Notes under the pieces: generated by a model
What the model saw: the letters and a program-made list of their open reading frames with translations, nothing else
Told to the model about the DNA's origin: nothing
Database searches by the model: none
Position numbers and translations under genes: made by a program
IMG/VR virus record: IMGVR_UViG_3300030433_000473
Span: 1 to 26,543 of that record
Length of the DNA stretch: 26,543 nt
Direction: 5' to 3' (one strand)
From: a virus
Lineage: Duplodnaviria > Caudoviricetes
Shown here: piece after piece, positions 1-6,838 of the stretch
Layout of the letters: each line of letters begins with the position of its first letter
Numbering within the stretch: position 1 is the stretch's first letter

Positions 1-1
1 C

Positions 2-190
2 TGGAAGGATGAACTTTGGACACTTGTGTTTGTTGTTATCCTTATTGCTAATTTTATTCCTTCTCTACAAGAAACTATGGCACGAGGATTTGCCAACCTT
101 GAGACTCCCCCCCTCTGGGTTCAATGGGGGATGTATGCGTCCATTGCCGCCTCGTTTGGAATAAGAACTATGAAAGGATTTGGAAAATGA
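2..190 (+). CDS. Holin, 3' part (5'-truncated by the window); 3TM/GTA-holin-like
   Basis: Not in the ORF track. Frame 2 reads WKDELWTLVFVVILIANFIP...GFANLETPPLWVQWGMYASIAASFGIRTMKGFGK*. It has hydrophobic segments and WKDE / ASFG.R motifs, and its TGA overlaps the endolysin ATG (ATGA). Confidence 0.75.
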   Translation, partial: WKDELWTLVFVVILIANFIPSLQETMARGFANLETPPLWVQWGMYASIAASFGIRTMKGFGK

Positions 191-660
191 CATTTAAATT
201 AAGTAGGCGCAGTCTTGATAGACTAGAAGGGATTGACGAGGGATTACAAGAAGTTGTGAAAATGGCTATCACGCTTACCAAAACCGATTTCGGAGTGGTG
301 CAGGGTATGAGAACCCTCGAACAACAGAAGGAACTTGTAGCCAAGGGTGCATCGAAAACCCTAAAATCTAAACACCTTGAGGGGAAAGCTTTTGATATCA
401 TGGCGTTCGTAAACGGACGGGCATCTTGGGAGTTGAACTTGTACGATGATTTGGCTGACGCAATCAAGGAAGCAGCAATTACACTTGGTATTCCAATTTG
501 TTGGGGCGCAGCTTGGGGGACTCCTCAAATGCCGTATCCAATGGATATACGAAAGTGGGAAGGCACAATGGAAGAGGCTATGAACGCTTACATAGACCTA
601 AGACGTTCTCAATCACGACGTCCATTTATTGATGGGCCACATTTTGAACTTATAGATTAG
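187..660 (+). CDS. Endolysin, M15 family L-Ala-D-Glu peptidase-like
   Basis: Motifs FKLSRRS..RLEG, G.RT.EQQ..LV.KG.S, SKH..G.A.D, WGAAW and DGPHFEL. Start reassigned to ATG 187, coupled to the holin stop. Confidence 0.9.
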   Translation: MTFKLSRRSLDRLEGIDEGLQEVVKMAITLTKTDFGVVQGMRTLEQQKELVAKGASKTLKSKHLEGKAFDIMAFVNGRASWELNLYDDLADAIKEAAITLGIPICWGAAWGTPQMPYPMDIRKWEGTMEEAMNAYIDLRRSQSRRPFIDGPHFELID

Positions 661-670
661 GAGATAGCTA

Positions 671-856
671 ATGGAGCGTAAGTTTAGAAAGGTAGCCAAG
701 GATAAAAAGTCTGGCTTGCCAAAGAAGTACGTTAGTGGCTCCAAGAACCCGGACAAAACTAGAAACGAAATCAAGAGGACAAGACGCTTGTATCTAATGG
801 GCAAGCTGACCCCCGCAATGATGGATAGAATCTCAAAGCAAAGGAGCAAAACCTGA
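671..856 (+). CDS. Small basic hypothetical protein (61 aa)
   Basis: AGGAG RBS upstream, K/R-rich, TGATG coupling to the next gene. Confidence 0.75.
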   Translation: MERKFRKVAKDKKSGLPKKYVSGSKNPDKTRNEIKRTRRLYLMGKLTPAMMDRISKQRSKT

Positions 857-1059
857 TGGCTAAATTTGATAGTATTCCAGGAGCAAGTAGGTTTTCAAAG
901 TCTACTCTAAATAAAGTGTACCGTCGTGGCTTGGGTGCATTTTATTCTAGTGGTAGTAGACCCGGTCAAAGCGCACACAGTTGGGCTATGGGCCGGGTCA
1001 AATCTTTCGTTAGTGGTAAGGGTGGTGCAAGAAAAGCTGACAAAGATTTATTGTCATAG
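856..1059 (+). CDS. Small basic protein, DUF5824-like (67 aa)
   Basis: AAGGAG RBS at 841-846. The motif VYRRGLGAF.SSGSRPG..AH.WAM.RV.SF...ADKDL is recalled from DUF5824-type viral proteins. Confidence 0.7.
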   Translation: MAKFDSIPGASRFSKSTLNKVYRRGLGAFYSSGSRPGQSAHSWAMGRVKSFVSGKGGARKADKDLLS

Positions 1060-1296
1060 AACTCGCAACCCTCGCTCAGTGTAAGGCAATACCTCAATGT
1101 AACCTCGTTGCTTTAGTCGGGTCATGATAGCCCAGCAAGCAGACTTGTGACGCTTGGGAAGTATCTGTCTACCGTCTATCTCACCCGCCGCTATCTCAGC
1201 CGTAGAGGGATAGACCCCGTAGGTTTTCTGGTAAGCAATTAAAAAGTCATAGACCTTTTTCTGCTTCGGGGTCATACCAAACTTCTCATCTTTCAT
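1054..1296 (-). CDS. LexA N-terminal-like winged-HTH regulator (no peptidase domain)
   Basis: MTPKQKKVYDFL..YQ...GVYPS..EIA and L.QRGYI....RGL match the LexA DNA-binding domain pattern. Start placed at ATG 1296, overlapping the RecT 3' end. Confidence 0.8.
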   Translation of the reverse strand: MKDEKFGMTPKQKKVYDFLIAYQKTYGVYPSTAEIAAGEIDGRQILPKRHKSACWAIMTRLKQRGYIEVLPYTERGLRVL

Positions 1297-2251
1297 TGTC
1301 TCTCTCCTCAATGCTCAAACCTTTATTGTATTGAATACGTTTCTCCTTGAGTTCCTTCGCCATATCTTCAGGAATTGTTTTAAATGTTTCCAAATTAGCT
1401 TGCTCAAGTTCTTTCATCTTGGTACGTTTCTGTGCCGGAGCAAGCTTTGAAGCCTTCACGACTTTCAAAAGCAAATCATTGTAAGCATCCATGTAATCTA
1501 ACGGTTGTTGAAAAATGACAGGCTCCTTGTTGGGAACGCAAAGATAAAATTCTTCTGCGACTATGTCTTCTCCTTTCTCCGGCACGACACTCAAGCCCTC
1601 TAAAATTTTATCAAACTGTGAGGTCGGTGGCTCTTGCACAACTTCTGCTTCTTCAATCTTTGGTTGGGTCAAAGTTTCTATTGTTGGTGCGGCTACAGCT
1701 TCTTGAGTTGGGGTTACATCCTTCGGCTCTTCAATGTCCTGTGCTTCCTCACTTGTTATGATGCCTCGAAGAACGTCAGGGAAAGCGTCACGCAGTGCGT
1801 TGCCCCTCGCCCGGTGTTGTAACATTCTGTCCGGGTAAGCTTTCCATGTGGGTCTGTTTGATAGCCCGGCTTGCTCTGCTTGTTTCATTGAGAAGGTTCT
1901 TTTGACTTCTTCAATGCTACCGTCAGATAGTCTACGTTTAACTATGCAAGTAGCAACCCCACCCTCTTGAGTTTCTTCTACACCCATACAACGGTCATCA
2001 GCCCTCACCATAGCCAGTAGTGAATCTCCATAAACTGAGGGCTTGCCATTGATAACAGCGATGTTCTGAAGTGCTTGTAGCGGTGCTAGACCTAACTCCA
2101 TACCCCATTGAATAGCAACTAGGCAGTTAGCTGGCTTCCCTTGGTAGTCTTTTGGTAGAAGTCCAGACTTACTAATTACCTCAGAAAATTTTATTGCCTC
2201 TTCCATTGTTTGGGGCTGCAAGGTTTTCCGGCTTGTTACTAAACTATTCAT
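1286..2251 (-). CDS. recT: RecT-like single-strand annealing protein
   Basis: P..Y.GKP.NCL.AIQ.G.ELGL.P.QAL.NI.VING.P and W..YP.RML..RA...ALRD.FPDVL.G motifs. Adjacent to the YqaJ exonuclease. Confidence 0.88.
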   Translation of the reverse strand: MNSLVTSRKTLQPQTMEEAIKFSEVISKSGLLPKDYQGKPANCLVAIQWGMELGLAPLQALQNIAVINGKPSVYGDSLLAMVRADDRCMGVEETQEGGVATCIVKRRLSDGSIEEVKRTFSMKQAEQAGLSNRPTWKAYPDRMLQHRARGNALRDAFPDVLRGIITSEEAQDIEEPKDVTPTQEAVAAPTIETLTQPKIEEAEVVQEPPTSQFDKILEGLSVVPEKGEDIVAEEFYLCVPNKEPVIFQQPLDYMDAYNDLLLKVVKASKLAPAQKRTKMKELEQANLETFKTIPEDMAKELKEKRIQYNKGLSIEERDNER

Positions 2252-3170
2252 TGCTCGTTTCCTTTATTGCGAAAGACACAGAGTCATAGAACTCTCCCGT
2301 GCCTACCTGTGTTTTTCTTTCTCTGGGTTGTGACGCTGCTTTGATTTGAAAGCCGGGTATCTTGGCATACTCAACGTCAAGACTATCCAGGCACATTGTT
2401 ATGTTGTCTTTGAGCTTATCCTTCTCAACCTTCGCCGCACGTTCTGCACCAGCCCACTTGAGATAGTCACTACAAAGCAAAGCCAAGTCCTGATTGGTTT
2501 TTTCTAGGTGCTTAGTTATGTCCTCATACTCAGGCTTTGCGTCTTCAGCTATCGGCGGGTACTCTCCGTCTTCTTTGACCAAAGTCCAGAACTCGGCATA
2601 ACAATCAGCCATAATCTCAACCATCAGTCCATCCCATTCTACCGGGTACAGATGCAACCTTCCCTTCTGGCACATACAAGCAATGATTGCCCAAGACATT
2701 TCCGCACAAAACATTTGGTGCATGACCTGAATAATCCACTCTTGTTTAGGCTTGTCGTTGTGATAGAAGTCAGTCTTTATCTCGACAATGCCTTGCCCCA
2801 CGAACGTCGCCTGACCACCATCATGCTTATCAAGTGTTATGGGTTCAGACAGTTCAATTATTCTGTCTATGCTACTGGCAATGCCTAGCCCTTCCTTTCG
2901 ATACGCTTCAGTAGGTTCAAACATTATGGCGTCGCCGCCAGACAAACGCTCTATTTCTTCATTAGCCCAAGAAGCGACGCTAGGTTCTAAATGAGTACCA
3001 CGACGTAAAGCACGTTCGTTACGCACTTCCTCTATAGTCTCTACCCCGGCACGGGCTAGCTTATGTTTGCGTAAAACGTCATGCCTAGTTTGGAAGCTAG
3101 TCTTATGTAAAACAATCGCACCCGCTTCGCTGCTACCTATCTCGTAGCCTGTTTTTGTAAATTTTGGCAT
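2244..3170 (-). CDS. YqaJ/lambda-exonuclease-like viral recombination exonuclease
   Basis: IGSSE, RG..LEP, ASS.D, EIKT and Q..HQM motifs of the YqaJ PD-(D/E)XK family. Confidence 0.85.
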   Translation of the reverse strand: MPKFTKTGYEIGSSEAGAIVLHKTSFQTRHDVLRKHKLARAGVETIEEVRNERALRRGTHLEPSVASWANEEIERLSGGDAIMFEPTEAYRKEGLGIASSIDRIIELSEPITLDKHDGGQATFVGQGIVEIKTDFYHNDKPKQEWIIQVMHQMFCAEMSWAIIACMCQKGRLHLYPVEWDGLMVEIMADCYAEFWTLVKEDGEYPPIAEDAKPEYEDITKHLEKTNQDLALLCSDYLKWAGAERAAKVEKDKLKDNITMCLDSLDVEYAKIPGFQIKAASQPRERKTQVGTGEFYDSVSFAIKETSNE

Positions 3171-3173
3171 GGC

Positions 3174-3401
3174 TCAATATCCTTGAGCCGCAGCACAGTT
3201 ATCGTCGAGGGCGCAACCAAACATTAAAAACCAGTACATACTGTATGCAATCAGTATTAACAGCATAGTTTCTAAACAAACTGTGCTGTACAGTTTTACC
3301 TGTCTATTCTGTAAACCTGTTCGGGCTGTTAACACTAAGATAGTATATATTATGCGAAAAACTTCTATAGTTTCCCTCGCAAAGCTCCTTATTTTACTCA
3401 T
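3174..3401 (-). CDS. Small putative membrane protein (75 aa)
   Basis: AAAGGAG RBS and a hydrophobic C-terminal segment. The ORF contains the dif-like site at 3333-3360. Confidence 0.6.
   Translation of the reverse strand: MSKIRSFARETIEVFRIIYTILVLTARTGLQNRQVKLYSTVCLETMLLILIAYSMYWFLMFGCALDDNCAAAQGY
3333..3360 (-). other. dif-like XerCD site (XerC arm + spacer + degenerate XerD arm)
   Basis: Minus strand reads TTTTCGCATAA-TATATA-CTATCTTAGTG versus E. coli dif GGTGCGCATAA-TGTATA-TTATGTTAAAT, 19/28 identical by manual alignment. Confidence 0.55.
3344..3362. repeat. 19-bp perfect direct repeat, copy 1 (TATATATTATGCGAAAAAC)
   Basis: Identical to 5242-5260. Confidence 0.95.
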
Positions 3402-3460
3402 TGTCTACTCCTTTTCTACCCCCTGTATAACTGAAAGAGGGTTTTTTACAAACGTAAAAC

Positions 3461-3874
3461 CTACCCTTTGGGGTCAAATTCTACGGGTTTTGGGTATTCC
3501 AACAGGTCTTCACGTTTAGCTATTTCGTCGTGTCCATTTTTATCTACCAACCCTTGATTGGTATATTCTAAATGTTCTGCGCCCCTGTCTCTTGGGTCGC
3601 TTGGCGTCATAGCTGCGAAACGCTGGTTCGCTGCTGTTAAGGTCATTTGAGCGTATAAACATTTGTCAGAATTTCTAAGCGTGTTAGAGTTCTTTATTCT
3701 TTTTAGCTCATCAACCAAAGCGGAGAGTTCATCAATGCTCTTAGTGAGATGGTCTATATGCCACATCTGTATGTCGAGCCTACGCTTAAAGCGCATTACG
3801 CCCTTACGGATGTTATACAACGTATAGTTAAAACCCTTACGTTTGTAGGCCGGGTATAACGTGCGTTTACTCAT
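3461..3874 (-). CDS. Hypothetical protein (137 aa)
   Basis: AGGAGAG RBS, co-oriented with the left operon, with a possible coiled-coil segment. Confidence 0.7.
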   Translation of the reverse strand: MSKRTLYPAYKRKGFNYTLYNIRKGVMRFKRRLDIQMWHIDHLTKSIDELSALVDELKRIKNSNTLRNSDKCLYAQMTLTAANQRFAAMTPSDPRDRGAEHLEYTNQGLVDKNGHDEIAKREDLLEYPKPVEFDPKG

Positions 3875-3951
3875 CGTTCACTCTCCTACCTCTGTGTGTA
3901 TCACAATAAAATCAAAAAAAAATATCAAGCGGTTTAACATTTTTTGTTAAG

Positions 3952-4449
3952 TTACTTATATTTTTCTGCGGTTTCTGTATCAATCAAATATTGCAGCTCA
4001 ACAATAGCACTGGCGGTCGTTCGTATCCCAATATTTTTGCAAGAGCGACGTATCCATGCAACGTAATTGTCGTATGTTTTTATAAGGTTATCGTTTGCTG
4101 TGAATGTACAGTCTACTCTTTTGTCAGATTGATGTTCAATAACCCATCCAGCACCCACGCATTCGTCAACCATAGTGTCTAAAGCATTGCGAGAAATGTT
4201 AAGTGACTTGATAAGTTCCTTAAATGAAATTGGCTCTGCGTCGTAAGCTGCCCTAACTACATACATTAAAAATCGTCGCCTCTTTGAGGATGACAATGAG
4301 TATTCTGCAATATCACGCTCCCATTTATTTTCTATAATCCGACCAGCTTCAGCGGTCGCAATTTCAAGTGTCAGATTTTTTCTATTATATTCTCTTTCTA
4401 ATTTAACAAGTGCATCTGTAAAAGTTTGTAAGTTACTCTCTTGTTTCAT
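3952..4449 (-). CDS. Winged-HTH (MarR-like) DNA-binding protein
   Basis: ISFKELIKSLNISRNALDTMVDECVGAGWV fits an HTH plus wing. AAGGAG RBS, and ATGA coupling to the recombinase. Confidence 0.65.
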   Translation of the reverse strand: MKQESNLQTFTDALVKLEREYNRKNLTLEIATAEAGRIIENKWERDIAEYSLSSSKRRRFLMYVVRAAYDAEPISFKELIKSLNISRNALDTMVDECVGAGWVIEHQSDKRVDCTFTANDNLIKTYDNYVAWIRRSCKNIGIRTTASAIVELQYLIDTETAEKYK

Positions 4450-5225
4450 TGATTTGCTCCTTTCATTCTCTTAATGTAATTGTTTACAGACGACGCATAC
4501 CATTCTGTATTCTTTGCTAAATCTGGATTGCGGCGTTTGGATGGTGTAGGTACTTCCATCCTGTTTAACTGTCGTGCGATTGCTCGTAAGCTGTGACCTT
4601 GTGCCAACATATTTTGTATCAGAGGCCAAACATCTGACGCTCGTTCGTCAGCTAGTTCAGCTTGTTTAGCTCTACCGTTCACGGCTGCTTGGGCTACTGA
4701 GGGATGACCAAGCTTTTTAATTACTTTACCTGTTTTAGTGGTAAAGCTCCCCTTCTCTTTTATTTCAGCTTTGATACGGTTCATAGATGCTTGGGTTCTA
4801 TCGCGTATCATTTGCCGTTCCATTTCGTAGACCCCAGCAAGCAATCCGATAGTCTTATGGTCTAGTGTTGGATTGTCCACGACAACTAGCTTGATTTTGC
4901 CAGTCTTTACCTCTTGGTCAAAGAAACGCATTGTCTCCCAGGTGCGGCGCGACATACGGCTAAGTGAGTACAGAACCATAGTAGCCCCAGTTTTGCGGCA
5001 ATAATCAAAGCACTTGTGCAGTTCTTTACGGCTGTGCCAATCGCTTGCGGCACTCACGCCCTCCTCTTTGAACCATTTAACGGTATGGTCACCGCCATTG
5101 AGATAAGCTTTGATGCCGTGCATTTGGTTTTTAACATCTTGCTTATCTGTACTGACCCGAACGTAACAAGCGTACTTGCCTGTGTGTTCTACCCCGTGGT
5201 CAGGTCTAGTTTGAACTAATGTCAT
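4446..5225 (-). CDS. Serine recombinase (resolvase catalytic domain + C-terminal recombinase-type HTH)
   Basis: YVRVSTDKQ catalytic Ser motif, EEGVS, SRMSR, E.ER..IR.RT, and C-terminal SLRAIARQLN...PTP...W..SSV. Confidence 0.92.
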   Translation of the reverse strand: MTLVQTRPDHGVEHTGKYACYVRVSTDKQDVKNQMHGIKAYLNGGDHTVKWFKEEGVSAASDWHSRKELHKCFDYCRKTGATMVLYSLSRMSRRTWETMRFFDQEVKTGKIKLVVVDNPTLDHKTIGLLAGVYEMERQMIRDRTQASMNRIKAEIKEKGSFTTKTGKVIKKLGHPSVAQAAVNGRAKQAELADERASDVWPLIQNMLAQGHSLRAIARQLNRMEVPTPSKRRNPDLAKNTEWYASSVNNYIKRMKGANQ

Positions 5226-5241
5226 TGTATCCCCTTTCGAA

Positions 5242-5260
5242 TATATATTATGCGAAAAAC
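5242..5260. repeat. 19-bp perfect direct repeat, copy 2 (dif-like half site just upstream of the recombinase RBS)
   Basis: Identical to 3344-3362. Minus strand reads TTTTCGCATAA-TATATA-TTCGAAAGGGG. Confidence 0.95.
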
Positions 5261-5327
5261 CAATATACGGTTACCTTTCGTTTATACATCGTTCACCTAT
5301 GCATACGCATATCATGTGTATATCATC

Positions 5328-5362
5328 TGTACAAGTGGAAAATGTTAGGGTTGATTTGTACA
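5328..5362. repeat. Dyad element TGTACAA...TTTGTACA, copy 1
   Basis: 28/36 identical to 7766-7801. Intergenic, ending 10 nt before ATG 5373. Confidence 0.8.
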
Positions 5363-5372
5363 GGTAATTTTT

Positions 5373-5768
5373 ATGCAGAAATACAAAGCCAAAAAGGTTA
5401 AATTAGACGGTCATACCTTTGATAGTATGGCTGAAGCTAAACACTATTGGTTTGGAATAAAGCCACGGCTTGAGGCCGGGGAAATCCTAGACCTCAGACT
5501 TCAACCATCATTCAGATGCGAAATAAATGGGAAACTAATATGCAAGTATCTAGCAGACTTTCAATACACGGACACCAAAGAGATAGGACCACAGGGACAA
5601 CTGGGTTGCACGGTGGTCGAGGACGTAAAGGGGTTCAAGACCCCAGTTTATCGGCTGAAGAAAAAACTGGTGGAAGCGATACACCTGGGAACAAAAATTA
5701 TAGAAGTCTCACCGAAGCTGTATCAATCGAAAAAATACAACTTGCCATCTCACGCCATAGTAACATAG
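5373..5768 (+). CDS. DUF1064-like endonuclease
   Basis: KY.AKK...DG..FDS..EA..Y, L.LQP.F, Y.ADF.Y and VVEDVKG..T.VYRLKKKL motifs. Confidence 0.88.
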   Translation: MQKYKAKKVKLDGHTFDSMAEAKHYWFGIKPRLEAGEILDLRLQPSFRCEINGKLICKYLADFQYTDTKEIGPQGQLGCTVVEDVKGFKTPVYRLKKKLVEAIHLGTKIIEVSPKLYQSKKYNLPSHAIVT

Positions 5769-6004
5769 AGCCTGAAGTTCTTATTGGTAAAACCCGGCAA
5801 GGTGTTATCATTCCTTGGCGACAAATGTTGTACACCCTCGCCTACGAGCTAACAGGTCATGGCTTGCCAGAGATAGGTCGCCAACTAAACCGTGACCACA
5901 CGACAATCCTTCACGGCATCAAGAAGTTCAACAAACTGTGTGAGCAAAACCCAATGGTTTATAAAATATATAAAAGTTTGCGTGATGAACTGTCCAGAAT
6001 GTAG
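5720..6004 (+). CDS. DnaA C-terminal (domain IV)-like DNA-binding protein; start uncertain
   Basis: IEKIQ.AI....I....L.GK.R......RQ...YL..ELT...LPEIGR..NRDHTTILHG..K. There is no canonical start codon near the domain start (see findings). Confidence 0.8.
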   Translation, partial: VSIEKIQLAISRHSNIEPEVLIGKTRQGVIIPWRQMLYTLAYELTGHGLPEIGRQLNRDHTTILHGIKKFNKLCEQNPMVYKIYKSLRDELSRM

Positions 6005-6176
6005 CAACACAAGAACCGTCGTGGTCAACAAGTCCAAACGTAACGGTAAGATGTTACGGCTCTACTCTTGCCCGTCTTGTAAAATCCGTTTCCAAACAAA
6101 AGAAATACTCCGAGCGCAGCCAGACGACGAAACAATAGAATTTAAACTCAAAGCTAATCGCAGAAAGTATGGGTAA
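5985..6176 (+). CDS. NrdR N-terminal-like zinc ribbon protein (63 aa)
   Basis: MNCPEC...T.V.......R...C..C..RF.T.E pattern. Start reassigned to ATG 5985. Confidence 0.75.
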   Translation: MNCPECSNTRTVVVNKSKRNGKMLRLYSCPSCKIRFQTKEILRAQPDDETIEFKLKANRRKYG

Positions 6177-6179
6177 ACT

Positions 6180-6701
6180 ATGACCAAAGTGTACAACCCG
6201 AATACCAACCCACCAGCTTATGAACACCGACCACGCTACGCGGATTGGAAAACCAAGAAAGCAGAAGGTGACTACTTTGAGCGTCGTGTACTGAGATATC
6301 TTAAAGATGAAGGGTACGAAGTCTTCAAGCCCAAAGAGAATACCTACGACCTACGTTTGAATATTGAGGTCCCCTTTTACGGCACATTAGCCCTAACAGG
6401 TGAGGTCAAGAACGACAAGCTAGCGGAATACTCAAAGAAGCTGGCACTGCAAACATACGACCACGGGCAACCGTCAGGCATACATCCAAAGGGTCCAAAC
6501 CCAGACTTGTGGTTTCACGGCGTTGGTGACGAACTATTCATAATCAAAACGTCCATACTTCAAAGCCTGTGCGTCACCTACAGAACATCATGGGGCGCAG
6601 ATACCATACAGATGGGTAACCCAGAATCCAAAGCCTCCGGGATACTCATGCCAATCTCCGTAGCTAGAAACGTAAAGGGTGGACGATGGGTAAAACTATA
6701 G
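6180..6701 (+). CDS. PD-(D/E)XK restriction-endonuclease-fold protein
   Basis: G..FE..V, YDL, EVK.D and G.PSGI...D.W motifs. Confidence 0.65.
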   Translation: MTKVYNPNTNPPAYEHRPRYADWKTKKAEGDYFERRVLRYLKDEGYEVFKPKENTYDLRLNIEVPFYGTLALTGEVKNDKLAEYSKKLALQTYDHGQPSGIHPKGPNPDLWFHGVGDELFIIKTSILQSLCVTYRTSWGADTIQMGNPESKASGILMPISVARNVKGGRWVKL

Positions 6702-6838
6702 CTTGCCCTCACTGCGACGGTGAAGGTGAATACTACGCAGAAGTACCAGTCATAGACTACCAACACGGCGGGTTCCTAGACGAAGTCATAGTCGAGTGTG
6801 AAGAGTGCGACGGTTACGGGGAAATAGAGCAAGAATAA
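6686..6838 (+). CDS. 50-aa DnaJ-type zinc finger protein
   Basis: Not in the ORF track. MGKTIACPHCDGEG...ECEECDGYGEIEQE* has two CxxCxGxG motifs, and TAATG couples it to the initiator gene. Confidence 0.8.
   Translation: MGKTIACPHCDGEGEYYAEVPVIDYQHGGFLDEVIVECEECDGYGEIEQE

Noticed and set aside
124-186. N-terminal extension of the endolysin from the ORF track (likewise the track starts at 5516, 5892, 6805, 8077, 8567 and 11797)
   Set aside because: These extensions overlap upstream genes. Downstream ATGs with RBS or translational coupling fit better, except for 5516, where the true start remains unresolved (see findings).
3934-3950. CtrA box (TTAA-N7-TTAA)
   Set aside because: Spacing is N9, not N7.
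5226-5372. Alphaproteobacterial SOS box (GTTC-N7-GTTC) in the divergent promoter
   Set aside because: Only a single GTTC at 5291, with no second half-site at the right spacing.
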